DNA from: Podarcis cretensis
Lineage: Eukaryota
Assembly (NCBI GenBank): GCA_951804945.1
Contig: OX638149.1
Location: forward strand, 59,272,001-59,336,000
DNA: 64,000 bases
Reading direction: 5' to 3'
Position numbers and translations under genes: made by a program. Below, in pieces: positions 23,050 to 36,439 of the stretch. Each line of letters begins with the position of its first letter. Position 1 is the stretch's first letter. The notes beneath the pieces are model-generated. The model was not told where the DNA came from. It made no database searches and saw nothing but the letters and a program-made list of their open reading frames with translations.

Positions 23050-24640
23050 CTAAAGTCAGATTGAAATGGGTGTAGATCAAGGGTTCCCAAGCATCATACA
23101 GGTGGTTTGGAGTGTCTGTAATAAAATTTAAGAATCACAAAACATCTAGCACAGCTCATCACAATTGCTACACCAGGCATAAAATTAAGTGATCAGTCAA
23201 GAACATCAGCAATTTTCAAATGGTTCATGGGGGAAGATTGGGAGCCACTGGCCTAAATAATCTGTGGCATCTAAGAATGTCTTCAAGTTTCCCCACTAGG
23301 ACTCTCTCCACCAACTTTCTAGAAAAGAGGTATTTACAACTAGCTGGTAGTTATTCCAAACCAAAAGGTCCAGGGCTAATTTCCTTGAGAGTGGTCATCC
23401 CACCACACGTTTCGAATCAGCAGGAACCACACTCTGACACAGAGAAGCATTAACAAATCCTGAACACAATCAGTAAAACTCTGTTAGATTTAGGAACAGG
23501 GATCAAGTGGGCACATAGTTGTGAACATAGTTGAGAGTATAGGTGCAAGCACTTTGCCCTTATGTGGCTGCATAAACTAAAACCAATTCCACGAAAATCA
23601 CAGACTCTGGCATTGGCTACTTTGACTACAAGCGAAACAAAAGCAGTGTCAAGGTCACTCTGAAGTAAACGAACTTTATCCTCAAAGTGTGCAGCAAGTT
23701 GCTCACAGCAGCTCCCTGAATGCTCCAGAGGTTCTTCCCCCACAGTGGGAGTCAGCAACCTTTGGACGATCTGAAATAGCACTGCCAAACAGCTACTAGA
23801 TGTAATGCAAGCTGCGAAATATGCATTCTTTGCCACCTGTGCTGCCACATGGTAGTCACAATTATGTTCACTAACCACTGTTGGTGGGCTTCAAACTATG
23901 TCCTGTACCATCTGGCCTTTAGTCTTTTGTCCAGCTCATTTCATTGCCTGTAGCTCTCCAGAATACCAAGGAGCCAGTTGGGCTCTGCAACACCAGAAAG
24001 GATGCTTAGGACCAATCGTATCAACCAAACAGCCATATTATTTCAACATCTATAGAAAAGACCAGAAATTTGACAGGCTCAGCAGATTTCTCTACTAGAA
24101 AGCCCCCAATGTTTTCAGGAACCCAGGAGGTTTCATCAGTCTCCAAGGGTGGCCATTCAAACAGGCCCACCATCTTTGCCAGGGAGAATAGCCACCATTT
24201 TGCCAAAGTTTACCTGAGAGTTATCTGTCCATGGCCAGGGAGTGCATTTCAGTCTATCACTCAAGGTAAAAACTGCATCAAGCATGTGGGTAAAAACTGC
24301 ATCAAGCATGTGCCCGGGGTGTTGAACTGATGACATCTAAGACACCTCCATGGTTGTCATAGAAGCCATGAAGTCCCAAGCTGGCCCTCTAGCAACAGCT
24401 ATGTGGGTACTGATGCTAGAGAACATCTTTGTCAGGGAAGCAACTGGCCAGCAGGGAGGTCAATATACCAGCAGCATCACCATTCTGTCGGTCCGGTACA
24501 ACACCAGGTGCAAACCTTCTAAGCACACCCAAATGTCAAGAGGTTTTCTGGTAAAGGAGATTATACTTATGTGGATAATGGAAGCACCCACTCCCCTCAG
24601 TCTGCCCTAGTGCTGTAACAAATACCCAACCTTCCATAAT
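23050..24640 (-). mobile_element. L2-clade LINE ORF2 fragment (endonuclease/linker region)
   Basis: Degenerate peptides LVLYR(T/P) and AKNAYFAACITSS..LFQIVQRLL in the minus-strand ORFs; many stops. Confidence 0.6.
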
Positions 24641-24929
24641 ACATACCAGGTCAGTCCTCTCACCACAATCCAATTGTGAATGGTTCACATAAATTTGGGC
24701 CACATATTAAAAGCTAGGGACCAATAATAAATGAATCCTACACAGTCAGTTGTTCCTCTCTCTGTTCCCAGTTCTGGGAAATGCACCATACCCAACCTCT
24801 CATCTTGAGTTACGGTCACAGGTTTGTTTCTCCTACAATGCCTATCCCTAACTGAAGTACACTGGATGAGAGGGCTGCAGTCCCAAAATATTTGGAAGGC
24901 ACCAGGTTGTAGTAAGCGGTCTTAGGCCA

Positions 24930-25420
24930 TCTAATCTATACTTCTCTCCAACATGTGTCATTTAAGGATGTTCCTTGATGACTATTTGTCACTGGAAGCC
25001 TAAATGGCTTCTATGGCCAGGAAGACCTTTTTCCAGTTACAGCTGGGTCACCAGTTACAGCCTTCCCTAGACCAGAATAGCTTGGCCACAGTTTTGCAGT
25101 TCTAGTAACTTTCCAGACCCTGAAGATGGTTTGGAAACTGAAGCTGGTACAGAACGCTACTTCTAGAGTGCCAGCTTGAATTTTGATGTAGCGTCACATA
25201 CTATCTTGCAGAATCTGCACTGGCAGCCTTTATGCCACTAGGCCTCATTTAAGATGCCGCCGCTGACGTATAAAGCACAGAGCTACTTGGGACCTGCCTG
25301 GCCTTGAGTTCAGCAGAGGATTGCTTGTTCTCACCCAACTTCCAGCAAGTATTCACACTGTTGTTCAGGTATGAAAGAAAAGGCTTTTGTGATAGCTGAG
25401 TCACAGTCAAGGAAGTCTCT
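24930..25420 (+). mobile_element. L2-clade LINE 3' fragment
   Basis: KLKLVQNATSR and (NL)HWQP motifs resemble LQLVQNAAAR / LHWLP. Confidence 0.55.
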
Positions 25421-27872
25421 TGTCCTAGTGGCATGAACACCTACACTTTTATTGAGCTTTCCCCGCTATCACATCAATACATCTTTATTTTCCCAGTCCT
25501 GTGTTGGATCTGTTTAAGTCTTCTTATCCACAAGTCTTTATATTTTAATTGTTGCCTGAATCAGTGCATTTCTATAATGTCTTGAGTTTTTAGGACATTT
25601 TGTTTGTGTTTACAAATTCTGTTTTTAACTGCTTGTGTTGTTTATACTGTGCTGGCAATTTTGGTACTGGACATTCAATACCATTTTGTGGTCTTTTTCA
25701 GTGAAAAATGGAACATAAAAACCAAAATAAATGTGGAGCTTCCTAAAAGTCAATACAGAAAGGTTCCTAAGCCTGAAATATGATGCTTATACATGGGGTT
25801 CTGAAATATTTTCATTTGAAAGATTTGCACATCAAAGTTTGATTCTGGGTTCAATATATATACTATTTAACCCAATGGTGCACTCCCATGCACCTTTTCT
25901 TGGAAGTAAACTCTGCTAAATTCAGTAATTACTCCCAAGTAAATGAAGTCAAACAGGTTTAAAATTACGTGAGCCCTACCAGATAAGGCCAAAGACCTAT
26001 CTAGGCAGCATTTTGGTTTTCACATGAACACAGCAGTCCTCTCTTGTTGCCTCCTGCCTACTGCTCCTCTGGTCATTGAAACAGTATGCCACCACCATGA
26101 CCAGCAACCATGATTCTGCTCCTCTTTTAAAGCTAAACTGGTAGCTATCACTACATCTTGTGTGGTAGCAAATTCCATACTCTGTGCTGAACCCTTTAAA
26201 ATTCACCTCCATTTGATTACCCCAAGTTCTAACACTAAGAAAACGAGACATTTCCTGTCTGCTTTCTCCATGCCATGGATAATTCTATTCATCGATAATG
26301 TCCCTTTCTACTTGTTTTTTTCTAAACTCCCCCCCCCCATCGTCAATGAATAAATCTTAACCTTCCTCACAAGGGAATTCCTACAGCCCATTGATAATTT
26401 TGGTCTCCTTTAAACACTTGGTCTTTCAATGCCAGCTGGTCATTACAAGAACTCTTAAGAATTTGGTTTTCTTTCTTCCTCCTCCCCCTCAATCTCTTTT
26501 GTGTGATGTTTCATATCATACACCTAGGGACATTTGGAAGCAACCCTGGAAGGCGCCTTTTTCCCGTTTTTTTACTAAAGAGCTGGATAAACATTCTTTA
26601 AATTAATTAATTAAGATTAACCAAATTGACGTGATACAAAGAGCTTGGTGTCTTTAAGACTCCTGTGCAGCCAGTGGAACTTTATCACATCACCCCCATC
26701 ACAAGTATAATAATTTAGCTTTTCAAACTCATTGGTGCTTTAGAAGTGGCATGCCATTTAAGTTCCACTGAACATGCAGATGAACTGGAATGATTCTCTG
26801 GACTGTAGTGCCAGTATTTTTATAAACCCATACAATGTATCAGTTTTGTGGAAAGAAGAGACTAACTTTTCACTAGAATGGGTTACTCCAGCAGCATAGT
26901 CTCAGCTTCCAATCATGTATTCCCCCAAAAGCTCAATTCTAAAGTGCAGCTTGATCAAATGCATGCTGACACTTGAGAGGAAGTCTCACTGTGCCCCAGG
27001 TGTACAAAGGCAATTCTGACAAAGAGTATAGGGCAACTTAGGTGGCTATAATTTAAAAATGCTGCCCACGAGGCTGATTTCCCTTCCTGGCCTAGACTTT
27101 GCGACAGACATCCTTCCCAACAAAGCAGCCTGAGCTCTCGTCACCCAGGGCCGGAGCCGCAGCCAGCCCGCCTGAGGCGTTTCATACACGCCGGAGCCCT
27201 TTAACGTCGCCGTTAACCAGGGCGCACCCATCTTCAACGGGGCAGCGAGGGCATGTTTTCATCTGGCGTCTACGACTCGGCTATGGAAATAGTAACTAAA
27301 ATGGGAGGGCACGGGGGGGGGGAGAGAGGTGGGGTGTTGCGCGCACACAGAGAGCGGAGGCTGCGCGTCTCTGGCAGGAAGGAAGCTTGCCGGGCCTTTG
27401 TGCAGCACCCGCCGTCGCTCACACAATGAGCCTCCCTCTCTGGGAAGAACCGCTGCCTCTCGCCGCCGCCATGTTGGGTCCTGGCCGGCTCCATGTGCAC
27501 CGGGGGGGGGGGAGAAAGAGAGGCGGGAAGAGTAGAGAGGAGAAAGAGGGTCGCTCGTAGTTCGGCCGCCACCGAGCCTTCAAAGCCTCACTTCGGGCGG
27601 GAAGCGAGGAGAGGGCGGGGGGCGGATTGGAAAGGCAGCTAAGCCCCCGGGCTCCAACGGCCCCCAAATGCGTCCCGTTCGCGGCGGAAAAAAAGAACAA
27701 AGGGAGAAGGCCGCACCGCCTCCCCTCGGCCGCGGAAACAAAAGGCGGGGCAGGCCGGCATGGAAGGCACGGCGATATGCGACTACGCCTCCCGCCCGGC
27801 CCCACAAGATAAGATAGCCGCATTGGGGGGGGGAGAAGAGATTGAGGGGAAGAGGGGTTTGCGCCTCCGCAC

Positions 27873-28118
27873 CTTTTTCTTCTCCAGGTTGCGCAACTTC
27901 TTGTCGATGACGCCCAGAATCTGCTTCATGGCCTCGGTCTGCACCGAACTCGTGCTGCCGCCCGGAACCGACGCCGACGCCGCTTGGGATGGAGCCGCCC
28001 CAGCAGCTACCGTTGCCGCGGCTGCCGTTGCCGGAGGCGCCGCCGACGCCGCCTCGTTCCCGGTTTTGCCGCCGCTGCTGCCGCTGCTCGCCATCGCGCT
28101 GCTGGTGGCCGAGGGCAT
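27873..28118 (-). CDS. CAPRIN1: CAPRIN1 exon 2 (first coding exon, 82 aa)
   Basis: ATG at 28118; MPSATSSAMASS...VQTEAMKQILGVIDKKLRNLEKKK; donor aag|gtgcgg. Confidence 0.97.
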
Positions 28119-28818
28119 CGCTTAACTGAGGAGAGAAGAGCGCGGCGTTACGGGCTTCGAAGGGGAAGGAGGGAGGGGGAGAGAGAGAGCGCGAGAGTCA
28201 GCCCTTGAAGGGAAGCGGGCGAACGGACGGGCCGCCGGAGGGGACACGGCGCGCCAGGGGAGGGGGAGAAAGGAAACGCCTCCTGCCAGGAATCCTTTTA
28301 TTCTGTTTTTTTTAATTATCTCCCCACCCCCTTTTCTCGAACGCGCGACTCAGACCGCACCTGTCGGCGCGCGCCCAGCGATTCTAAGGCAACCTGACTT
28401 GTAAGGTCCGTCAGCGGAAGGGAGGGGGAAAAAAAGAAAGGCAGCCCTTCGCGCGGGCGCGTGCTCGGCACCGCCCACGTGACCGGCGGCCTGCCCGCAT
28501 CGCCGTTCCCTCATCCTCCCGCCCAACAGTCCTCTCTCCTCTCTCTCAAGCCTTTCTCCGACAGCGCCCGCCCCCCCCCCCACACGCACTCCCATCGGCC
28601 CGTCCGTCCCTCCTTTCACTCCTCGCTCCCGCTTCCTCACCGTGTGTGCTTGGTGCGCGCGCACGTGTGTCAGAGAGAATGGAAATGAGTATCCCTAGGG
28701 CGCGCGGGAGGGCAAGAAGGGGACGGCCCAATGTGTGTGCGCGCGCGCGAGGAGGGGGAGGGGGACGGCCGCCTCTGCCCACTCCAGCCCCGTCACTTTC
28801 ACCGCTCCTCCTTGTTAC

Positions 28819-28925
28819 CTCTGCGCCGAGATACGGAGGGGAAAGAGAAAGAGGAGGGAGGGAAGGCCAAGAGCGCACGCGCACGCGAGGGGCGGGGCAG
28901 AGCAAAAAAGGAGGGGGCGAGCGAC
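28819..28925 (-). other. CAPRIN1: Candidate non-coding exon 1 of CAPRIN1
   Basis: Pyrimidine-rich minus-strand stretch ending in the good donor cagag|gtaaca (GT at 28817-28818). Alternative donors at ~28360 and ~28640. 5' end not definable from sequence. Confidence 0.45.
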
Positions 28926-31899
28926 CCGGCTGAGGGAGGGAGCGGGGTCCTCATCCGTTAGGGCTGCCCCCGCAGAGCGCCTGATCGGCAAGCGGCTAAA
29001 GCAGCTCACGCCTGTCTCCCGAGTGTGCCTTCGCGAGAGCCTGAATATTATGACGCCGGTCTTTCAGGCGCAAGGCCACCTAAGCGGAGGAGCACAATGG
29101 TGAGGCGGGGTGAGACGCCTGCCATCGCCTTGAAAGACCGCGGGGCGGAGTTCCCGGCCGGGCTAGGCGGTGAATCTGCTCTCTTTTTTTTGGCGTGGTA
29201 CGTCCGAGCCCTTAGATGGTGGGGAGGCGGGCCTCTCTGAAAGCGCTGCATTCCCACGTGAAAGGGAATCTCCAGGTTTAGACACGCGTCATTAAAAACC
29301 AATAAGATGCTGGTTTCTGTCACTGGCTGGGCAGCAGCTGCTCGCCAGGTATTTACTTGGCGACTGTTTTGCAAGGTTTTTTGTGGGTTGCTTACTGGAA
29401 AGCGAAGGCGGTTGTTTGTGTTGGCACTTGGAAAATATTTAGTATTAACCTAAGTCTCCGTGGTCCTCTGGGCAAAAGTGTGGCACCCATTTCGAAACAG
29501 TGATTAAGTGTACTGGAAGATCTCTAGCGGTTTTGAATTTTCAACATAGGTACGGTCATGGTAACTGGACTTAAATTTATGTATCCTGGGTAAGTGGCTG
29601 CCTTAGTAAAACCCTTATATCTAGGGTGGTTGTTGGGCTTTTTTCAAAACATTGCCCTCTGGACTTTGGAGAAGGGATGGTTAACGTATTAATAAAACCA
29701 GCATGATTTACAGTCGGTGTGGTGGCAGATGCTACTTCTGTAGGCGGAGGTGCCTAATCAAGGTTTCAAATTCTGAATATTTGGGAACTTGCTTTTGGTA
29801 AATGATTAAATAAATCATATCACAGGAAAATTAAAGTGATAGTGGATAATTATTTGTTTTACAAAAGGCTTTATAGAAGTATTCTTTTTGGCAACTAGGT
29901 GTTGCAACTTTTTGTTGCAACTAGATGTAGTCACCAAATCCATAGAGGAGGGCCCAAAATTTTCCCCCAGTAAGTTGTGTTCAGGGCCAGTCGTATGAAT
30001 AAAAATATGCCTTCTAGGCAGGAAAATGACCAGGATTTTTAAGTCGTGCAGTGAAGGAACTGAGCTGTAGAAACACCCATACTGTGATGACACACCCTGC
30101 TATTCAGGTTACAACCTGCACATACACAGGCAAACACAATAGCTGTGTTTCCCTAGAGTTGCTTTGACATCCCATGATCTTAAATAATAAGTCCATTGAG
30201 AAAGCAAGAAATAGGTTTGATACACCAGGTCAGGAGAGCTCTGACTAAATATCTGCCACCATTGGGCCAGCCACAAAATATATTCCACCTCTCGAACTTA
30301 AAACTGTAGCAACACCCATTTGAGAGAACTTGCTGGTTCTTTATCCACATCTGGGCACCATCATTCCAAACATCGTGAATGCAAGTCTGCAAACGTACAG
30401 GTTGTTTTGTTCTTCTACTTTTTAATTGTAAAATTACATAGAGATCTTTTCTGCAGTTGTGAAGCGGTTCTACAGTGAGGTTCCAAGAGCCATGGCAAGT
30501 ATAGAGGCAAGGGAAGAAGAGAGTTGAAACTCTTAGAAAGCAGCTGTTTGCAATGAAGCAACGCTTTAAAGATTTTGTGAGACAACTCAAATAAAAAAAA
30601 AAATGCAGGGTGCAGTAGACTGCCTCCCTCACAATCAAAGTTATTTCTAACAATTGCAGTAGATGGGCTTTTATATGTGTGTTCAAGCAATGTGTGCTTA
30701 CTATGCAAATTCTAAACTAACAAGACTCTTGGAACAAGCTGCTCCTCCAGTTACATTCGGAGGTACATAGTTGAAACCAGACATCCTCAGCATGTGCCCT
30801 TCTCAAATACCATATATTTAAATTAAAAGTATTTAATGTGTGTGTGGATAGAGCTTTGAGGGCATTAGAATTAGGTAAGATTCGTAAAATCTTGTCAGCC
30901 TTTAGGAGTCAAGAAATATTTCCACATTTTCCCATTATGAGGCAAGCAAACAGTTTCTCCAGATTTCACTTGGATCGTATACATTTGATTATGATTTTTT
31001 TAAAAAGCAGAAATGTATATTAAACCCCCAGTCATAGATTTATTAGCCATGACTGCATGGAAAGCATCACATTTGAAAGCATGTTTCACAGAGCATTGGG
31101 CCAGGGGGGCTATTGCCCTGGATGCACATTTTTGAGGGGGCACAATCAGGTGCCCCCATGACAGGCACAGAGCCCTAGCAGCTGAGGCGTGTCTAGTGAG
31201 CAGGTGGATGGAGGCAGCAGTCGAGGAGCCTGTTGGAGGCAGACTCCATCCAAGCTCTGCATGGGCTCTGCATGCAGCCCCCTGGTGCACCCCCAAAAAA
31301 CTGCCCATTCCATCAGAGGGGTGCAACATTTTCCCCGCCCCAGGTGTCAGCAACCAGTACTATGCCACTGCATTGGGCTGAATACAGTGCTCAGAAATCT
31401 CATTGGGGATGCTCCTGTAGGCGGCATGCACAGGAGCGTAAGTCAGGTGGCCTGACCCTTTTCACTGTAACACCTGTAGCTGCTTATTCCTTAGTGTGTT
31501 GTGTTAAACCAGTGCTTAGGCCAGAAATAGCGCTAGAGCGTCCTAAAGAGTACAGTTTCCCAGATACTGGTGATTTGGGATGCCTCAAAGTTTATGATGA
31601 GGTGCAGAGGTTTATAAGCCTTAAATGCCTATAGCAGAACAATTCTAACCTTGGCTGGAGTCAATGAAGCAGTGGATCCTTCATCACATTTGAAATATTA
31701 GGAGCTTGAGTGGGGATGAGGTTTATTTTCTCTTTTTTGGTATACCAGGTCTAGGCTGGTCTAGCTGCTGTAGCAGAATCCCCACAAAACCAGTAGTGCT
31801 TTACACTTGTGGAAAAGCAGCACCATTCTAGCCACCTGCCATCAACTGTACCCGGTGCTCAAAAGAATTAGGAAGTAAGGCTTGAAGAAGCTTATAGTT

Positions 31900-32420
31900 G
31901 GCCCTTTTAGGCAGAATAGCTATGTTAAAAAGGTAAACCTTCCACAAAGTGTTATGTGTGGTAGCTATATCACCGTCAATATCTGTCCACTTATGGAAGA
32001 ACAGTTCAGAGATAAATTGGCCAATGTCCAAGTCAACTGCCTTACTGTTCATCAAATCAGTTATTTTCTTTCCGATGGGATTTTAAGGAGTAAGCTTTGA
32101 GGCCTTGATTTGGGGTGTGGCAGATGAGTTTGGTTTAAACAGACGATACAACTGGAGAAATGGCTAGTTTTTGGGCACTTTGGGGGAGGAGATTGTACCA
32201 AGTTAATGGAATAGCATCTGGAAGGTGAAGCTGCTTATATCTGTTTCTGCATACACGAGACAAGATAAATTAAAAACATTATACACCAGTGAGGTTGTAC
32301 CCGGCATGCCTGTCAATGTCTCCTGGCTGTTGGAGGACTTGTGGTCAATGGGGAGTGCCACAAATAGTGAGATTTTGGATGAGGTACTCAAGGAAATACG
32401 GTAAATGTAACTTGGGAAAC
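31900..32420 (+). mobile_element. L1/Tx1-like ORF2 C-terminal fragment (degraded)
   Basis: CWRTCGQ..WECHK..RFW resembles the CCHC knuckle at the end of L1 ORF2. Confidence 0.45.
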
Positions 32421-33245
32421 AGTTCTTAAAACACCAAAATTAATGCTGCTTCAACTGTCTGAGTTGCATGGGGAAACATAGTACTGTATTTTAGGACTTA
32501 AGTAAATATGTTAGCTGCTGCCAGGCTTGTGATAACATGGTTGTGGAAGAGCAATAGGACTCTATAGATCTCTGGTACAATAAACTTTGCAAAATGCCAT
32601 TGCAGAGGAATTTAGGGATCAAATCTGCACCATCAACAAACAATCAAAACAGGCCCTTTTTTGGGGTGGGGACAGAATGGAGTAGTTTTGTTTTTCATAA
32701 AGACTTGACAGTACAAGGACACCACCAGCCCAGTTAGCAACAATTTAGAAAGACTATTAATTATACAAGTGTCTTTGAAATTATAATTAGTTAATGTTCA
32801 TGATGCTTTAAGTCCCTCAGTTTGATGAATGTGGTTACAGTGATTGTCTTCTATTTTACAGCCATAGTGACAGAGAATAATATGTTAGTTCATGCCATTG
32901 TAGCATTGGGCCTTTTCTCTGATCCAGAGTTTTATTTGTTTATTGTTGTTTCTGTTTCATACATGCAAATAACTGTAGCTCTCAAAAAATACATTAAATA
33001 AATGAAACATGACTTGGGACTGCATTCTTACTCAAGCTGTTCATGTAGCTGTTCAAGATCTGGCCACTTCAAAAAAATGAAATGAAAACTAGGAACCAAC
33101 TTCAGCCTTATATAGTATCCGACCGTGAGATTAAGCTTTCTAGTTCCTTGATTACTGTGCCATGTGTGCCTCTATATCTTTCTCAATGGATTGCCTTTGA
33201 ATATTTTATTGCTCTTGCTTGCTGGTGCATTAATGTTTTAACATA

Positions 33246-33612
33246 GGTAAAAGGTAATGGTACCCCTGCCTGTACGGGCCAGTCTTGACCGACTCTAGGG
33301 TTGTGCGCTCATCTCACTCTAGAGGCCGGGAGCCAGCGCTGTCCGCAGACACTTCCGGGTCACGTGGCCAGTGTGACGAAGCTGCTCTGGCGAACCGGCA
33401 CCAGAGCAGCACACGGAAACGCCGTTTACCTTCCCGCTATAAAGCGGTACCTATTTATCTACTTGCACTTAAGGGTGCTTTCGAACTGCTAGGTGGGCAG
33501 GAGCTGGGACCGAATGACGGGAGCTCACCCCACCGCGGGGATTCAAACCGGCGACCATGCGATCGGCAAGTCCTAGGTGCTGAGGTTTTACCCACAGCAC
33601 CACCCGCGTCCC
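33246..33612 (-). mobile_element. Full-length Sauria SINE (Squam1/POM type)
   Basis: 5' gggacgcgggtggtgctgtgggtaaaacc head, ACCTTT-type tail, perfect 16-bp TSD ttaatgttttaacata (33230-33245, 33613-33628). Confidence 0.92.
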
Positions 33613-34654
33613 TTAATGTTTTAACATACAAGACCTAATTATAATTCTTGTTTATTTACAAAACTGTCAAGCTTTTAATCATCAGAGGATGAAACTTGAA
33701 TGTAATTTTATTATGAAAACTTAGTTAAGGTGGTATTTTGGACACTAAGAATTTGCTGTTGTTCTCAGGAACACACCTTTCCAGACCATTCTATTATTGT
33801 TGTTTTGTTCCAGCAGAAATTGCACTTTTAATTATTCCAAACAATTTTTTTTATTCCAACCATTTAATTATTCACATTTCGGATGGCCAAACATTACAAA
33901 TTATCTTAACAAGGAAGGGTTTTTTTCGTTGTTTTTTTTAGTTTTAAAATGCTTTATTTAAACGTTTTGTTGCCACATTTCTTGAAAGAAAAGGCAAGCT
34001 ACTTACTGCAAAAACTTAATATTACAAGGGTTTGCCCTGGATGCCAGTTCTTGGGTCCATTTTTACACATGTAATCTACACCGAAGTGTTGTGATAATGG
34101 TGTATTTGAGGTGCAAGCAATTCATACCTTTGACAGTGATTGCGTCAAGTGGGAAAGAAACCTGTGATGAATGAGAAGACATGTAGTTGGCACACTTGCC
34201 CTCACCTTCCTTGCAGTATCAGCTTAAAATGCCCCCAACTTTCCCATTGTAACAAAATAATTAATGTTGACATGTGTAAATCCTTGTGCACTCAGATGAG
34301 AACATAACACATTGAAGTCTAGGTCTTGTGCCTTTGTTTATACTGACCTGCTTATCTTAGACCCGCTTACGCATTTACAATTGTCAACCTCACATAGCCT
34401 CTTCCACGTGACAAAGTTTCATCAGAAACAGAAAAATTAACCACTTCCACGAAATTAGGTGTAACCATATAGTAAAGTTGAAACAGGTACATCAGATAAA
34501 ATGGCCCAGTTAAAATGTGATAATCTTGAGTGCACACATTTTCACAGAAATAAAGGAATATTACATCTTTGTGAATACTTTTCTGAACGACAGCATGATG
34601 ATGTCCAGTGTAACCCAGCATAGCACAAAATCATGGCAAGTGGAACCTCAGTGT

Positions 34655-34855
34655 TCCTTCTGGTGTTGCATAATGTGGTTAGAGGAGAGGCCTTACTCAA
34701 ACATGCACTGGGTGACCCTTGGCTAATCACTGGCTCCTAGCTTAATCCACTTTACAGGGTTGTTGTGAAGATAAATATAAAGGAAAGGGGAGAGAATCAT
34801 GTATGCCACTTTGAGCTTGCTGGACAAAAGGTGAGATAGAAATGTAAAAAATTAG
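34655..34855 (+). mobile_element. Old Squam3/MIR-like tRNA-derived SINE
   Basis: Core ctgggtgacccttggctaatcac...cactttacagggttgttgtgaagataaa shared with the 56.7 and 61.5 kb copies. Confidence 0.6.
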
Positions 34856-36439
34856 AAATCTATTCCCCTGGAGCTGTTAAAGGTCCCTTTTTACATGAAA
34901 ATGTAGCCCAGACTTGACTCAATAAGGGAGTAAATTTTATGCCATGTACTCAATAAATGTACAGCAACGTGGAAGTTGAGTGCTGGTTTCGTTACCAAGT
35001 TTTTTATTTGAATATTTGTGTGACAAGGCATCAACTTGGCAACTGTTTACAGAATGCTACTGTACCAAATACCGTAGGTTTCTCATTCCATCTTTTGGAC
35101 TACCTTGGGACTGATGTATGTGAATTAAAAAGCCTTCCTACCGTCAATAGCTCTAGAAAGATTTCCATTCTTTTCTATTTCTAAAGGCAGGCCAGCTGTG
35201 TGGGAGAGAATTTTAGAAGTCAGCCACTGAAGCACATGAATAAATTTAATAATTTAGCACATTGCTATGAAATGGCAGCTAGGAATGTCCTAACGTTCAC
35301 ACATGCACAGTGATGATAGGAAGGAAAAAGACTATAATCCACCAGACTCAGTAGCTAGTCAGTTATTTCATACCTTTTCCATGCACACCAACTGGCTGCT
35401 GAGCTTATAAATTATTACATTTTATAAATGAGAATTTTGCTGCAAAGTTTCAAAATACGAACATGATGCTTTATGTCTTTTGTAAGTCTATATTGTGTCA
35501 TGAAAACAACTTTGAATTTCTCTTCCCAGAGTATGAATAAGTGTAACCACAGTATAAAGCTCTGGTTCCCATTGAAGCCAGGGATTCTTAGCATTTATAA
35601 TTTGTTCTATGGCTGCATTAACCACATGCCGGGCCGAGTCTAAACACAGAAGAAGTCTAGTCTTTGCAAAAGTGGAGGCAATTCACAAAGACTTCAGAGA
35701 GCAATAAAACAACACAAGAGTTTGTAGCTTTTAAACTGTTAATTGTTTTATTTAATGGTTTAAAAAGATTTGTAGAATGAAGAAATGCTCTCACAGTCAA
35801 ACTCAAGAGATGTGCCAGCTATTAATCATCCCTAAAACAATAAGGGCATTTGTTATTACTGTCTACTGCCTGTTCTCAGCTTTAATCTGTCTTTTGAGTT
35901 TGACGCTGCCAGATTTCCAGAAGTGGGTCACCCAGTTCTCTCTGGACCCTGTTTTTCTGCTGAGCAGTTAAAATTAGCATTTTCTATTATGCTGCTGGAG
36001 ATTTTGGAAAGATATTGAGAGTGAACCTAGTCACATTTTCCTGAACTCCCCCCACCCCACCCCAATTTCTGGTAATGAAAAAAAAATCCACTTCATAGAT
36101 AGGGATAAGAAAAACCTCGTGTACTCAAAGAAATGCCTTGTATGACCAGTAGGGATATAGGAGAAATACAATTCAAATTGCATTTAAAGGTGAACCTACT
36201 TAATTTGCCATTTCCAAACAATACAAGTAATGAAACACAGCGTAGCCCATAAACCAGATGGATATATAGTTTGATCACTCAGCAGCTCACCCCATCTCAT
36301 TCTTGATATAGTTCTGTGCTCAGCTGACATTTACAGCTTTTGTAAGTAGCACTACAGTAGTTTTGGGGGATGCACATGACATCACATTTGGCCAAAGAGT
36401 GAAACTCTGAAGTCTGTCTTAGCAGCACCAAAATCTGAC

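Larger units (their letters stand above)
213..28118 (-). other. CAPRIN1: CAPRIN1 (cell cycle associated protein 1 / RNG105) coding span, exons 2-18; terminal exon lies outside the window
   Basis: 17 manually spliced exons give a continuous ORF of 2,095 nt matching recalled Caprin-1: MPSATS..., QTEAMKQILGVIDKKLRNLEKKK, HR1 domain, QGPYNF(M)QDS G3BP-binding segment, C-terminal RGG region. Exon phases are all consistent. Confidence 0.98.
27050..29300. promoter_or_regulatory. CpG island / CAPRIN1 promoter and 5' region
   Basis: Abrupt GC- and CpG-rich block around the first coding exon. Motifs: GC box GGGGCGGGGC (~28879), NRF1-like GCGCACGCGC (~28872), TCGCGAGA BANP/ZBTB33-type core (29031), CACGTG E-boxes, YY1 GCCGCCATGTTG (27465-27476), ACTAYRNNNCCCR ZNF143/THAP11 motif (27782-27794). 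Confidence 0.9.

Noticed and set aside
24265-24312. Tandem duplicate ggtaaaaactgcatcaagcatgtg
   Set aside because: Local slippage duplication inside a dead L2 fragment.
27046-29374. Many overlapping 60-134 aa ORFs on both strands
   Set aside because: Expected from stop-codon scarcity in a CpG island; only 27873-28118 (-) matches a known protein.
30180-30708. 168-aa minus ORF and a plus-strand helical-looking peptide (VETLRKQLFAMKQRFKDFVRQLK*) followed by an A-run
   Set aside because: Plus-strand frame is broken by stops and I cannot assign it to a family. It may be a decayed retro-sequence; tBLASTx would be needed.
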